Source of the DNA: Bryobacterales bacterium
Lineage (GTDB): Bacteria; Acidobacteriota; Terriglobia; Bryobacterales; Bryobacteraceae
Direction: 5' to 3'
Assembly: GCA_963744775.1 (NCBI GenBank)
Contig: CAVUVG010000009.1
Span: 612 to 64,611 of the forward strand
DNA: 64,000 bases
The notes beneath the pieces are model-generated. The model did not search any database. It worked only from the letters and a program-made list of their open reading frames with translations, and was not told the DNA's origin. Shown one piece after another: positions 42,443 through 52,787 of the stretch. A program made the translations under genes and the position numbers. Position 1 is the first letter of the stretch, and the number at the start of each line of letters is the position of its first letter.

Positions 42443-43756
42443 GTGTCCATCATCAAAGGAACGCCCAGCCCGGGTCTTACGTACGACCCGAATGTGCCCG
42501 TCTATTGGGACGCCGGCGCGCTCCAGCAGGAACTGGACCGAGTCTTCGACATCTGCAATGGCTGCCGGCTTTGCTTCAACCTGTGCCCGGCCTTTCCTGA
42601 GCTGTTCCAGGCCGTGGAGCGGCACGGGGGTGACGTTCGGGAGTTCACGCCGGCGGAAACCGGGCGCGTGATCGACACTTGCTATCAGTGCAAGATCTGC
42701 TACGTCAAGTGTCCCTATACGCCGGATGACGGCCACCAGTTCCAGCTTGACTTCCCGCGCCTGCTGCTGCGCGCCAACGCTGTGCGCAGGAAGGCGAGCG
42801 GTTTCGACCTCCGTTCGCGGGTGCTATGCCGCCCCGAGATGCTCGGTAAGATGGCGGCCCTCACGCCCGGCATCGCCAATTGGGCGAACCGGCAGCCGTT
42901 GCTGCGCGTCCTGATGGAGCGCACCCTCGGGATTCACCGGGAAAAGCTTTTGCCGGACTTCTACGGCGAGACCTTCATGGATTGGGTCCGGAAGCAGCCC
43001 GCCCCTTCAGGTGACGCTTCGCGTGCGGTGTTGTTTGTGACTTGTTCGATGAACTACAACAACCCACAACTTGGCAAGGACGTGCTTGAGGTCTTTGCTA
43101 AGAGCGGGATCGCCCTGGTGGCGGTGAAACAGAACTGCTGCGGCATGCCCGCGGTGGAAGCCGGCAATATGGAACTGGCCCGGCGCATGGCCCGGAGCAA
43201 CGTGGAGGCGCTGCTTCCCTACGTCAGGGAAGGGAAGAGGATCCTGATCGCCGATCCGACGTGCTCTTATATGCTGCGCAAGGAGTACGCCGAACTGTTG
43301 GGCACGCCCGAGGCCAAAGAAATCGGGCAAGCGGCCATGGATGTCTGCGAATACCTCTTCCAGCTCAAGCAGGAAGGCAAGTTCAACCGTGACTTCCGCT
43401 CCGCCCCGCGCAGCGTTGCCTATCACCTGCCTTGCCATTTGAAGGCCCAGAACATCGGTTTCCGCTCACGGGACATGCTGCGGCTGATTCCGGGCACCAC
43501 GGTCAAAATGGTCGAGCAGTGCTGCGGTCATGATGGTACTTGGGCCATGAAGAAGGAGTTCTTCCCGCTGTCCAAGCTGGCGGGCAAGAAAGCTTTCGAG
43601 GAGATGGCCGCCGTGCAGGCCGATGTGCTGGCGACCGATTGCCCGCTGGCCGCCGTGCAGTTCGACCAGGCCCTCGGCAGGCGGCCCATTCATCCCATCC
43701 AGGTGCTGTCGCGCGCCTATCGCGAAGACGGCTTCCCGAAAGCGGAGAGCAACTGA
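42443..43756 (+). CDS. Fe-S protein with two 4Fe-4S motifs and two CCG domains (HdrD/GlcF/GlpC-like)
   Basis: CNGCRLCFNLCP and CYQCKICYVKCPY, followed by Cys-rich CCG-type segments (CCGMPA, CHLKAQ, CCGHDGTW). Confidence 0.8.
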   Translation: MSIIKGTPSPGLTYDPNVPVYWDAGALQQELDRVFDICNGCRLCFNLCPAFPELFQAVERHGGDVREFTPAETGRVIDTCYQCKICYVKCPYTPDDGHQFQLDFPRLLLRANAVRRKASGFDLRSRVLCRPEMLGKMAALTPGIANWANRQPLLRVLMERTLGIHREKLLPDFYGETFMDWVRKQPAPSGDASRAVLFVTCSMNYNNPQLGKDVLEVFAKSGIALVAVKQNCCGMPAVEAGNMELARRMARSNVEALLPYVREGKRILIADPTCSYMLRKEYAELLGTPEAKEIGQAAMDVCEYLFQLKQEGKFNRDFRSAPRSVAYHLPCHLKAQNIGFRSRDMLRLIPGTTVKMVEQCCGHDGTWAMKKEFFPLSKLAGKKAFEEMAAVQADVLATDCPLAAVQFDQALGRRPIHPIQVLSRAYREDGFPKAESN

Positions 43757-44323
43757 TGCGGCCTGTCACGGTTGCGGAAATCAAGAACCTCGCCGCATAC
43801 GAACTGGAGCGCGAGCACTGGCGACCGTGGGTCATGGCGCTGAAGGAAAAGCGGCGCGTGCGCGTGGGGGATCATCTGACGTTCCTGTTCGAAAACCACG
43901 AAACAGTGCGTTACCAGATTCAGGAGATGATCCGCATCGAGCGCATCGTCAAGCCGGCCGAAATCGCGCACGAAGTCGAGACTTACAACGAGCTGATTCC
44001 GGGCGCCGGGGAACTGAGCGCGACCCTGCTGATCGAATACGAGACGCCCGCTGAACGTGATTGCGGCTGAGGGAATGCTCGGGCTGGAGGAGCACGTCTG
44101 GCTGGTGATCGGAGATCTGCCGCCCGTGAAGGGCCGGTTCGACACCCGGCAGATGTCGGCCAGCCGCCTCAGTTCCGTGCAGTATTTGAAGTTCGCCCTG
44201 ACGCCCGCTCACGCCGCGCAATTTCCCGGCGGAGCGCGCATCTTCGTCGACCATCCACACTACCATGCCGATAGCGCGCTGACCTCAGACGAACTCACGG
44301 AGTTGACTAACGATCTGGTATAG
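43756..44323 (+). pseudogene. DUF3501-like protein, one frame change near 44055
   Basis: The ATG overlaps the previous stop by 1 nt. MRPVTVAEIKNLAAYELEREHWRPWVMALKEKRRVRVGDHLTFLFENHETVRYQIQEM... continues in ORF 44057..44323. The family name is from memory of the sequence pattern. Confidence 0.55.
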
Positions 44324-45218
44324 GGGCGCGCCGCCGGCGTGCAGAGGTCCATTCCCAGAAGAAGCCCGCGGCGTTGGCGACCTGGCTCAATAGCAGCAGC
44401 GCGGTCACCTTCAGGGGGTGGCGGCGGTGCTGCTGCCGCAGCGGCCAGGAGAGCATGCGCCGGTAGAACCGAAGGGGCTCCACGTGTATACCTTCACCCG
44501 TACGCTCCCGGTGCGCGCGCCAGTACCGGCGGGCGCCACGGCCATATCCAAAATGCTGAGACCAGAAAGTTGTGAGACTCAACGGATGCAGGTGCCGGAC
44601 CACGGCGTCCGGGACGAAAGCCATGCCGTGGCCGGCGGCGCGCAGGCGGTCGCACAGGTCACGGTCCTCGGCGGCCGCTTTCGGGTAAGAGGTGTCGAAA
44701 CCGCGCACGGAACGGAAGCTCTCGGCCGCCAGCGCAAGATTATTGGAAGCCAAGAACCAGAAATTACGGGGATCCCGGTTGAAGTAGTCGTAGAGGTAGC
44801 TCACCAGAGCCTGGCTGGCCGTGGCGTAGACGTTATCCTCCAGCGCATTGATCGTCCGTCCGCCGACGATGGAATCGGGCGCAGCGTTCAGGCGGGCCGC
44901 AAAATGCACAAGCCACTCCGGCGCCGGGCGGCAATCGTCGTCGGTAAAAGCGAGAAAACGGCCCTGGGCCACGGCGGCGCCGCAGTTGCGGGCCAGCGCG
45001 GGGCCCGCTCCGGGCTGGCTCAGAAGCGTAATCCGCAGCCGCTCGCGCCACGGCGCGATGACGGGTTCCACGGGAGTGAGGCTGCCATCGTCCACCACCA
45101 CCACCTCGAACCGCGCATCTGGATAGCGGAGCGCCGCGACGGCATCCAGGCAGGCCGCCAATTGGTCATGCCGGTCGCGGGTGGGAATGATGATGGAGAA
45201 GTCGAGGGTCTCTGACAT
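44307..45218 (-). CDS. Family 2 glycosyltransferase
   Basis: FSIIIPTRDRHDQLAACLDAVAALRYPDARFEVVVVDDGS and FTDDDC (DxD) are present. Internal ATG 45218 chosen as start. Confidence 0.85.
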   Translation of the reverse strand: MSETLDFSIIIPTRDRHDQLAACLDAVAALRYPDARFEVVVVDDGSLTPVEPVIAPWRERLRITLLSQPGAGPALARNCGAAVAQGRFLAFTDDDCRPAPEWLVHFAARLNAAPDSIVGGRTINALEDNVYATASQALVSYLYDYFNRDPRNFWFLASNNLALAAESFRSVRGFDTSYPKAAAEDRDLCDRLRAAGHGMAFVPDAVVRHLHPLSLTTFWSQHFGYGRGARRYWRAHRERTGEGIHVEPLRFYRRMLSWPLRQQHRRHPLKVTALLLLSQVANAAGFFWEWTSARRRRAPIPDR

Positions 45219-45237
45219 GCGCGCCGCCGGTGCTCGC

Positions 45238-46311
45238 TTACCCTTCCGCCGCACACACTTGAACCGGCATGCCGGAGCGGGCCGACTGGACGACCGCGAG
45301 GGCGACCCGCAGACTGTTCTTTCCGTCCTCCAACGTGCATTGGGACGGGAGGTCGTGGAGGATGCAGTCGATGAAGTGCCGCCAAAGCCCGTCGAAAGTC
45401 GCCTGAAAATCCCCGCCTCTACGCAGAACCGGCAACGCCTGCGGCAGGCTGCCGAGGGAAGCGAGGGTCTTCTTCACCCGATCCCCCAGGTCGCCGGGAT
45501 ACTTGGAAGTCGGGTAGAACTCCAGCCCGTCGAAGCGGTAGAGCGAAAGGCACAGCCGGCCGAGCTCGCCATAGATCTCCACCTCACTGGTGGGGCCGGT
45601 CCGGAAGCTGAAGACGCCGGTGGCCAGGACGCCACCGGCCAGCCGGGCCATGACGGTATTGGTTTCGTCTTCGTAAAATTCGGACGGGATGCTGATCGAG
45701 AAGATTTGCTCCACGTCTCCGCCCCCGAAGTAGCGCCAGAGATCGAAGTGGTGAACAGCCTCGTTGAAGGACACGCCTCCGCCCAAATCCAGTTTGCGGT
45801 GCCAGTCCGGCGCCTTGTCGCCGAGCCGGTCATGCGTGTAAGCGCTGCGAATCGCCTTGATGCGCCCCAGGGCGCCGGTGTTGAGAAACTCACGCGCGCT
45901 CCGGACAAGGCGATGCCAGCGCAGGTTGAACCCCACCACGACCTTGCACGGCGACTGGGCGGCCCGGGCGATGAAGCGGTCGCACTCGGCCAAACTCAGA
46001 GCCAGCGGCTTTTCCACCAGCACGTGCTTGCCGGCATCCAAGGCCGCGATGCCAATCTCGGCGTGGGACGCGGCGGGCGTGAGGATGGCCACCGCATCCA
46101 CATCGGAACGGTCCAGCACGGCACGATAATCGCTCAGCCTTAGCGGGGCGCCGAGCCGGTCCGCCAGGCGCGCGGATCGCGCCGGATCCAGGTCGGTGAC
46201 CGCCACAACGCGCACTTCCGGCATGTGCAGAAGCGGAGGCAGATGGCGCTCCTCGGCCACGCGGCCGCAGCCGATGATGCCCAGGCGGATGATCCTCTCA
46301 GGACGGCTCAC
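45238..46311 (-). CDS. Gfo/Idh/MocA-family oxidoreductase (cytoplasmic, no leader)
   Basis: GTG start, with IRLGIIGCGRVAEERHLP and VLVEKPLA motifs. Confidence 0.85.
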   Translation of the reverse strand: MSRPERIIRLGIIGCGRVAEERHLPPLLHMPEVRVVAVTDLDPARSARLADRLGAPLRLSDYRAVLDRSDVDAVAILTPAASHAEIGIAALDAGKHVLVEKPLALSLAECDRFIARAAQSPCKVVVGFNLRWHRLVRSAREFLNTGALGRIKAIRSAYTHDRLGDKAPDWHRKLDLGGGVSFNEAVHHFDLWRYFGGGDVEQIFSISIPSEFYEDETNTVMARLAGGVLATGVFSFRTGPTSEVEIYGELGRLCLSLYRFDGLEFYPTSKYPGDLGDRVKKTLASLGSLPQALPVLRRGGDFQATFDGLWRHFIDCILHDLPSQCTLEDGKNSLRVALAVVQSARSGMPVQVCAAEG

Positions 46312-46315
46312 TGGC

Positions 46316-47443
46316 TCACCTTCCTTCGCAGCTCGTCACGTAACGCGCCTCGACGTTGAAATCGGTAATGGGGCGGTCGAGGTAAGGGCACTTCCGGCAG
46401 AAGCTCACGCTCTCCCTGGAGTCCCGGATGGTCTGGCGCAGGCGCGCGGCGCGCGGGCTGTGCCATAGGTCGCGGAAGGAGACATCTCCCCCGATACGGC
46501 CCAGCGATAGGTCGGCATTGTAGTCCTGCTCGCAAAGCACGAGCGTGCCGTCGGCGAACACGGATGGGAACCAGAAAGGTTCCAGGCAGAAGAAGCCGTC
46601 GCTGCCACCAAAGTGCCCGTAGGCGCTCCACTCCTCCGCGTCGGGCGCCAGGGCGCCGTTGGTGCAGGCGTCGGAAGTCGATTCGATGAAGAAGATGTTG
46701 CGGATGGTCAGTAGCTCGAAACCATGCCGGGCCGCAAACTCGTCGAGTAGCCCCACCTCATGCTGATTGTGCTTCATGACGATGAAACGCATGTTCAACA
46801 CGGGTCTGGTGAGGCCCCGCGCGCGCTTCATGGCGGCCAGCTTCTTCACCCCTTCGAGAATCGGCGCGAGTCTGGCGCCAACCCGGTAGGCGGAGTTCGA
46901 TTGGTCCGTCAGCCCGTCCAAGGCCAGGATGAGATAGGCGGGCGGCTCCTCTATCAAGGCCTCCAGAACCCGTTCGTCGTTGAGGTTCTGTCCATTGGTG
47001 GACAGCAGGGTGGCGACGTCGTGTTTGCGGGCGGCGCGAAGAATCTGCTTCAGGCGCGGGTGAAGCAACGGCTCCCCCCAAGCCCACAGGGAGGCGGTCA
47101 ATAGATAAGGCCCAACCTGGTCCATGACCCGCTCGAACAGTTCCGCATCCATGGCCACGGGGGGACGGTTCAAAGACTTGGAACCCGTGGGGCAGACCGG
47201 ACAGCGCAGGTTGCAGTAGTTGGCCAGCTCGAACTGCATGTGCAAAGGCATGCCCCAAGGGCGCAGGCGGCGGAAGAGGAGGTTTGCTCCGGATTTGAAA
47301 AGGTTGAGCCGCTTGGCCGCGGACATCCGGTCGGCCAGCATCGGCATTTGATCGTACTGGAAGGCGTAGCGCCCGCGCGCCAGGACGTCCCACACCAGCT
47401 TGGGGGCACGCACCAGACCTCGGGTGCGTTCGCGAAATGTCAT
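46316..47443 (-). CDS. Radical SAM protein with SPASM/twitch-like C-terminal Cys cluster
   Basis: The CNLRCPVCP (CxxxCxxC) triad comes after about 70 N-terminal residues. The C-terminus has CLEPFW...LVLCEQDY...CRKCPY. 4-nt overlap with the upstream gene. Confidence 0.8.
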   Translation of the reverse strand: MTFRERTRGLVRAPKLVWDVLARGRYAFQYDQMPMLADRMSAAKRLNLFKSGANLLFRRLRPWGMPLHMQFELANYCNLRCPVCPTGSKSLNRPPVAMDAELFERVMDQVGPYLLTASLWAWGEPLLHPRLKQILRAARKHDVATLLSTNGQNLNDERVLEALIEEPPAYLILALDGLTDQSNSAYRVGARLAPILEGVKKLAAMKRARGLTRPVLNMRFIVMKHNQHEVGLLDEFAARHGFELLTIRNIFFIESTSDACTNGALAPDAEEWSAYGHFGGSDGFFCLEPFWFPSVFADGTLVLCEQDYNADLSLGRIGGDVSFRDLWHSPRAARLRQTIRDSRESVSFCRKCPYLDRPITDFNVEARYVTSCEGR

Positions 47444-48369
47444 GCCAGCGCCCGGAAATAGTCGATGGTTTGGCGCAGACCGTATTCAAGTTGTACTTTC
47501 GGTTTCCAGCTTAAGAGATTAACGGCTTTAGAGATATCAGGGCGGCGTTTCTTCGGATCATCCTGTGGCAGGGGATGGTTTTCCACGGCGCACGCCGCGC
47601 CCGACAGGCGGCAAACGCACTCGGCGAACTCGCGGATGGTCATCTCTACCGGGTTGCCGAGGTTCACGGGGTATCGCTCATCGGAAACCATCAGCCGGCA
47701 CAGCCCCTCCACCATGTCGCTGACGTAGCAGAAGCTGCGCGTCTGCGAGCCGTCGCCGAAGAGTGTCACCGGCTTGCCGCGCAGCGCCTGGTCGATGAAC
47801 GCCGGCACCACGCGCCCGTCGTCAAGCTGCATGCGGGGACCATAGGTGTTAAAGATCCGCGCAATGTTCGTGCGCAACCCGTGCACGCGATGGTAGGCCA
47901 TGACCAGCGCCTCGGCGAACCGCTTGCTTTCGTCGTAGCACGAGCGCACGCCCACAGGGTTTACGTTGCCCCAGTAGGTCTCCCGCTGCGGGTGCTCGAG
48001 CGGATCGCCGTAGCACTCCGATGTCGAAGTCAGCAGGAACCGGGCCTGATGGCGGCGCGCCAACTCCAGCATGTGGCGCGTTCCTATGGATCCGACGTCC
48101 AGGGTTTCGACCGGATGGGCCAGGTAGTCCTTCGGGCTGGCCAGGGAGGCCAGATGGAGCACGCCGTCGACGGGGCCATCGATCGCCAGCGGCTGTGTCA
48201 CGTCGTGCTGGATGAACTGGAACCGGGCGTTCCCGGCCAGGTGCGCGATGTTGCGGAGAGAGCCCGTCAGAAGGTTATCGATGCCGGCAACCGTGTGGTT
48301 CTCCGCAAGCAGACGGTCGCACAGATGAGATCCGATGAAGCCGGCCGCGCCGGTCAGAACGAGCCGCAA
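47440..48369 (-). CDS. UDP-glucuronate decarboxylase-like NAD-dependent epimerase/dehydratase
   Basis: [28 protein letters not shown] (YxxxK), and overall UXS-like sequence. Confidence 0.85.
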   Translation of the reverse strand: MRLVLTGAAGFIGSHLCDRLLAENHTVAGIDNLLTGSLRNIAHLAGNARFQFIQHDVTQPLAIDGPVDGVLHLASLASPKDYLAHPVETLDVGSIGTRHMLELARRHQARFLLTSTSECYGDPLEHPQRETYWGNVNPVGVRSCYDESKRFAEALVMAYHRVHGLRTNIARIFNTYGPRMQLDDGRVVPAFIDQALRGKPVTLFGDGSQTRSFCYVSDMVEGLCRLMVSDERYPVNLGNPVEMTIREFAECVCRLSGAACAVENHPLPQDDPKKRRPDISKAVNLLSWKPKVQLEYGLRQTIDYFRALA

Positions 48370-48417
48370 AAGGTACCTCCGGTAAGCCCACCATTGTAGC
48401 GGATCGAGAAAGCGGGG

Positions 48418-49404
48418 CTACACCTTTACGACGTGCGTCCTCAGTTTCTCGAACTGTGGAGTGCCCAAACCTCGCTGGCTGGCCAACTGGAGGTAGAGGA
48501 GGTCCTGCTCGCCGAGATTCCAGTAGGCCTTGGCCACGTAGGCATCCAGGGCCACCGGGTCGGTGCCCGCGATGAGCGTCTGGCGAAGCGCCACGTCCTC
48601 CAAGTTGCCGCCGCTGGGCCCGCCGCGCAGGAGCACGCGGTAGGCGTCGATCAAGGTCAGCGTCGGGCGCATGAAACTGCCCAGGTCGGCCAAGCTCTCA
48701 TGGATGCGCTGGTGCAGCCGCTGGCGCTGCCCGCCCAGGATCCCGTACCAACTCTTGAGCCCCAGGGTGACGCCGGTGAGGCTGTGGTGCTTGGCGACGG
48801 GCAGGTTGATCATCTTGTCGGCCGTCAGGAAAGGTTCCAAGACCGGCCATACACGCAGCAGATCGCCGCCCAGATCGACCCGCTTGAACTTCCTCTCCTC
48901 CGGCAGGACAACCTCGGCGCCCGCCGCGCGCGCCGCCTCGGCGATTCCGCTGCGGGCAAAGCAACGGTGCGGTTCGTTGATACTCACGTCGGTGACGATC
49001 ACGGTCTTGGCGCCGGCATCCAGGCACAGGCGCGCCGTTTCCGCCACCACGTCAGGGTTCGTGTTTGCGGCCTGCTCGGGTGTGCGGTCCCAAGAGACAT
49101 TGGGTTTGATCACGACCACGTCACCGCGCGCGATGAACCGCTTCATGCCGCCCAGTTCCGCAACGGCCCGGCGCACAAGCTGCCGTGGATCCTCCCCCTG
49201 AACCACGGCCAGCTCGGGCAGGCTCGCATCGGGCGGCACGGTGAAACTGCGCTTCACGTAGGCCACCGCGGGCTCCTCCGGCTGGCGGCTGCGGCTCTTC
49301 AACCAGAAACCTAGCCCGGCCGCGCCTGCGCCCAGACCTCCGAGCCGCAGCACTCGCAGCAGCGCTTCCCGCCGTCCCGCAAGCTCTGGTGCCGTTGGCA
49401 TCAT
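48418..49404 (-). CDS. DUF362 domain protein with twin-arginine-like leader
   Basis: The start MMPTAPELAGRREALLRVLRLGGLGAGAAG overlaps the upstream stop (TGATG). VVIKPNVSW...NLPVAKHHSLTGVTLGLKSWYG parallels the DUF362 gene at 2101..3225. Confidence 0.65.
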   Translation of the reverse strand: MMPTAPELAGRREALLRVLRLGGLGAGAAGLGFWLKSRSRQPEEPAVAYVKRSFTVPPDASLPELAVVQGEDPRQLVRRAVAELGGMKRFIARGDVVVIKPNVSWDRTPEQAANTNPDVVAETARLCLDAGAKTVIVTDVSINEPHRCFARSGIAEAARAAGAEVVLPEERKFKRVDLGGDLLRVWPVLEPFLTADKMINLPVAKHHSLTGVTLGLKSWYGILGGQRQRLHQRIHESLADLGSFMRPTLTLIDAYRVLLRGGPSGGNLEDVALRQTLIAGTDPVALDAYVAKAYWNLGEQDLLYLQLASQRGLGTPQFEKLRTHVVKV

Positions 49405-50620
49405 CAGACGCCCAGCAACTGGTGCGTTTCGGCGAGCTTTCGAGGAATCTCGAGCCCTTGCGGGCAGTGCGGCAGGCAGGTGCCGCAGGCGGCGCAGGAG
49501 TCGGCGCGGCGATCGAGCCGGGCATACAGGCGGCGCGCCACGCCGCGGTCGCCATAATCCACCGCATAGCGCTCGAAGCGCAGGATGTCCGCGATGGGCA
49601 CTCGCCGCGGGCAGAACTCCAGGCACTCGTTGCACAGGCGGCAGGCCTCCTGGTCGGCGTGCGCCACCATCATCTCGATCGCACGGCGGTCGCTGGCGCG
49701 CATGCTCTTGCCCGCGCCCGACACGGTATCGACGAACTGGCTCAGGCTGTTGATGCGAACCAGCGCCGCGTCGAGCTGCGAGGAAGTGGTCAGCCAGCGC
49801 GCCAGCGCGTGGTAGGGTGTCGTGCCGGCCGGGAACTTCTTCATGATCGCCTGATCCTGCGCCAGCCGCCCCACGCCCCGGGCGGTCTTCATGGCGACGG
49901 TGCCGAATCCCTTCTGCCGCGCCAGCGCCAGCAGCCGGTCCATGGCCGGCTCGTCTCCGTAGGAGTAGGCGAACTGCGCGTGCTCGTAGAGGCCGTCCTC
50001 GATGACCGCGGTCAGCACCTCGGCCGCGCTCTGCCCGCCTGGGACGCGGAAGTTGCCGTTGTAGCTGTGCTGGGAAAGGCACAGGTGCCGGACCAGCCCT
50101 TCCTTCTTCGAGGCGATCGAAGGCGCGGATGAAACCGCGGTTCTGCTTCACTTCGGCAACGTTGTGGTAGCCGAAGTGAAACTGCATATCGTCGAAGTAA
50201 CCCAGGCCGGAGCTCTTGGCGGACTCTTTGACGAGCCGGTAGTGCTCCTCGGTGTCGATGCGTGCCGCGTTCATGGTTGCCGCCCACGCGGTCCACGCAA
50301 ATGGTGCAATAGTGAGCCTCGCGGTTCTTGAGGATGCTTTTTGGCACCGCCCCGTCCGGCCACTCCGTGGCCTTGTGCCAGAAGTTGACGCCGCAGCGCA
50401 CACCGGCCTCCACGGCGTCGGGCGCCCAGTCGCCGGCCCCCACCATGACGCTGACTTCCCGCTTGCTGTAGCCCAGCTTCCGGCGCGGCAATTGCCCCAC
50501 CGCGCTGACCGCTTGGTCCATCTCCTGCACGGTCGCCGGTTTGGCACAGGCATTCATGCCCGCGCCCATTCCAGCCGCGAGCGCGGCACTGGATCTTTGG
50601 ATGAATTCCCGTCGCTGCAT
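49404..50620 (-). pseudogene. Aldo/keto-reductase-like oxidoreductase with C-terminal 2x[4Fe-4S] motifs and Tat leader; at least 3 frame changes between 50020 and 50350
   Basis: Leader MQRREFIQRSSAALAAGMGAGMNACA. C-terminal CRLCNECLEFCP and CAACGTCLPHCP lie in intact ORF 49404..50018. The middle is split over several frames. Confidence 0.65.
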
Positions 50621-50643
50621 ATTCTTCCTCCTGTTGTTCTGCG

Positions 50644-52730
50644 TTATGGAACGAGCTTCTTTTCGATCCCTCGCGCCAGCTCCACCAGCGCCTCCGCGAT
50701 CCGCGGATCCTGTTGGTAGGCTACCAGGCGCACAAAGTACGGTCCTTTGCGGAACGTGAGGCTGGCCCCGTACAGCCGGCCCTCCTGACCCAAGGCGACC
50801 GGCTTGCTGCCCGCCGCGGACTCGAATTCGAAGATCTTTCTTGCGCCCTCGGCGTCCTTCGTCACGTAGATGTCGGCCACGGCGTCGACTTTGTCCCGAT
50901 AACGGTAGTCGGCGGCGAGCGTGCGCACCATGCCCGCCCGGACATATTGTCGGCGGCGCCGTCGATATACTCCCACAGATCGTCCGCCGTGAAGGTGCGC
51001 GTTTCGGCCGTCCTGCTCCAACCTTTGACTTCGTTCGACTCCGGAAAAAGCGAGGCGGGGGGCGTCGCCACGGGCTTACTGAGCAGAATCTGGTTGATCT
51101 TCGAGCGGCTCTCGCCGATGCTGGTGACGTACACGGCCGGCCGGTCCCGCACCGGGCAGGCGAACTCGCAGGCGCCGCATCCCACGCAGCGCTCCGGGAC
51201 CACGTAGGGCTGGCGCACCTGTTTCACCGCGCCCGCGGCATCGGTGACGTCGGCGGGCCGGAGATAGATGGCCTTGGGAGACGTCGGGCACCACTCCTCG
51301 CAGACGATGCACTCGGTGGCCATCGACCAGGGCAGGCAGCGGCCGTGATCGTAGAACGCCGTGCCGATGCGGATGGGCTTCGCGTCCTTGGGTGCAGTTT
51401 CGCGCGGCCCAGGCCTTCTGGGCCAGCGTGAACTCCCAGATGGCGCCCGTGGGGCAGACCTGGCCGCAGAGCGTGCAACTCGGCTCGCAGTATCCGATGC
51501 GCGGCACCAGCACCGGCGTCCAGATACCCTCCACGCCCGGCCTGCGCGAGGGTCGGGATGCAGGGCGTTGTTCGGGCAGACCTTCATGCACTCGCCGCAG
51601 CGCACGCAGCGGTCGAGAAAGCTCTTCTCGTCCAGCGCGCCGGGCGGGCGGATGAGCCGCTCGTCTGGCTTCGACCGCCAGGCCCGGCGTCGCTGCGCAG
51701 CAGCGGCAACAGCGGCGGCGCCCGCCGCCAGTCTGGCGAGCGCCTTGCGGCGCTGCAGGTCCGGCCCCTCGATGGTGGCTTCGCGCGCGGGAAAGAACTT
51801 GAAGCGGAGCCCGCTCTCGGGGCAATCGTCCACGCAGTTCAGGCAGAGATGGCACTCGGCCTTGCGCCATTTGGCGCCGGGGATCGGATCGTCGCCGCCC
51901 TGGCAATGCAGCAGGCAGCGGTTGCAGTCCTCGCAGTTGCGCGGGGTGCTTCTCCAGGCCCAGAATCGACCAGCGCGACATCCAGCCCAGCAGCGCGCCC
52001 AGCGGGCACAGCGCCCGGCACCAGAAGCGCGTGATGCGCAGGTTCAGCGCCAGGATCGCGATGAAGAGCAGCCCCAGGAAGAAGCCCTGGCGGAAATACG
52101 GCTGCTTGAAGCTCAGCACCACCTGGCGCAGCAGGAAGTGCGAAGCACTTCGGCCAGCGATGCGCAGGACGCCGGAGCCGCTCTGGTACAGGGCGTCCAG
52201 ACAGCGCATTCAGAGCGTAGTTGAGCCCCGGCAGGATGGAGAGCGCCAGCGACCGCACGGTGAGCGAGATCGGGTCGAGCACGCCCGCCAGCGCAGCTGC
52301 CGAACAAGGCGGCCGCGCGAGCACGCGCGATCAGGATGTAGTACTTGAGCCGCTGCCAGCCCTTGTAGCGGTTGGAGTCGATGCGCTGCCGCCCGCGCTT
52401 CTTCTCCGACTTCCAGTCGCTGAAGAAATGATTCAGCGTGCCGAGCGGGCAAACCCAGCCGCAGAAGAACCGGCCCAGGAACAGCGTGGGGATGAGGATG
52501 ACCAGGCTCCAGATCAGGCCCTTGTAAAGGGCCCGCGTGGAGAGCGCGCTGGTGATGGCGACCAGCGGATCGGCTTCCAGGAAGATGCTGGCGGGGTAGG
52601 GAAGCCGTATGTCGCCCCTGGCGGCGCGCAGGGATTCAGGGGCCACGGTCTTGACCAGCAGGAACAGGAACAGGGCGAGGAAGACGATTTGGGAGGTGCG
52701 GCGCAGCCGGAGGAGTGCTCGATAGCTCAC
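50644..52730 (-). pseudogene. NapH/NapG-like fused membrane polyferredoxin with extra C-terminal domain; at least 5 frame changes
   Basis: Membrane part has FFCGWVCPLGTL and RFWCRALCPLGAL (CxxCP pairs). Cluster motifs: CEDCNRCLLHC, CHLCLNCVDDCP, CVRCGECMKVCP, CTLCGQVCP, CIVCEEWCP, CVGCGACEFACP. There is an internal RRKALARLAAGAAAV segment followed by LIRPPGAL (NapG-like). The tail is DLWEYIDGAADN...FVRLVAY. Confidence 0.65.
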
Positions 52731-52787
52731 TGACGCAAGGCCCAGTCTACCATGGGCCGTCGGACGGTGATCAGCCTCCTGATGCGC

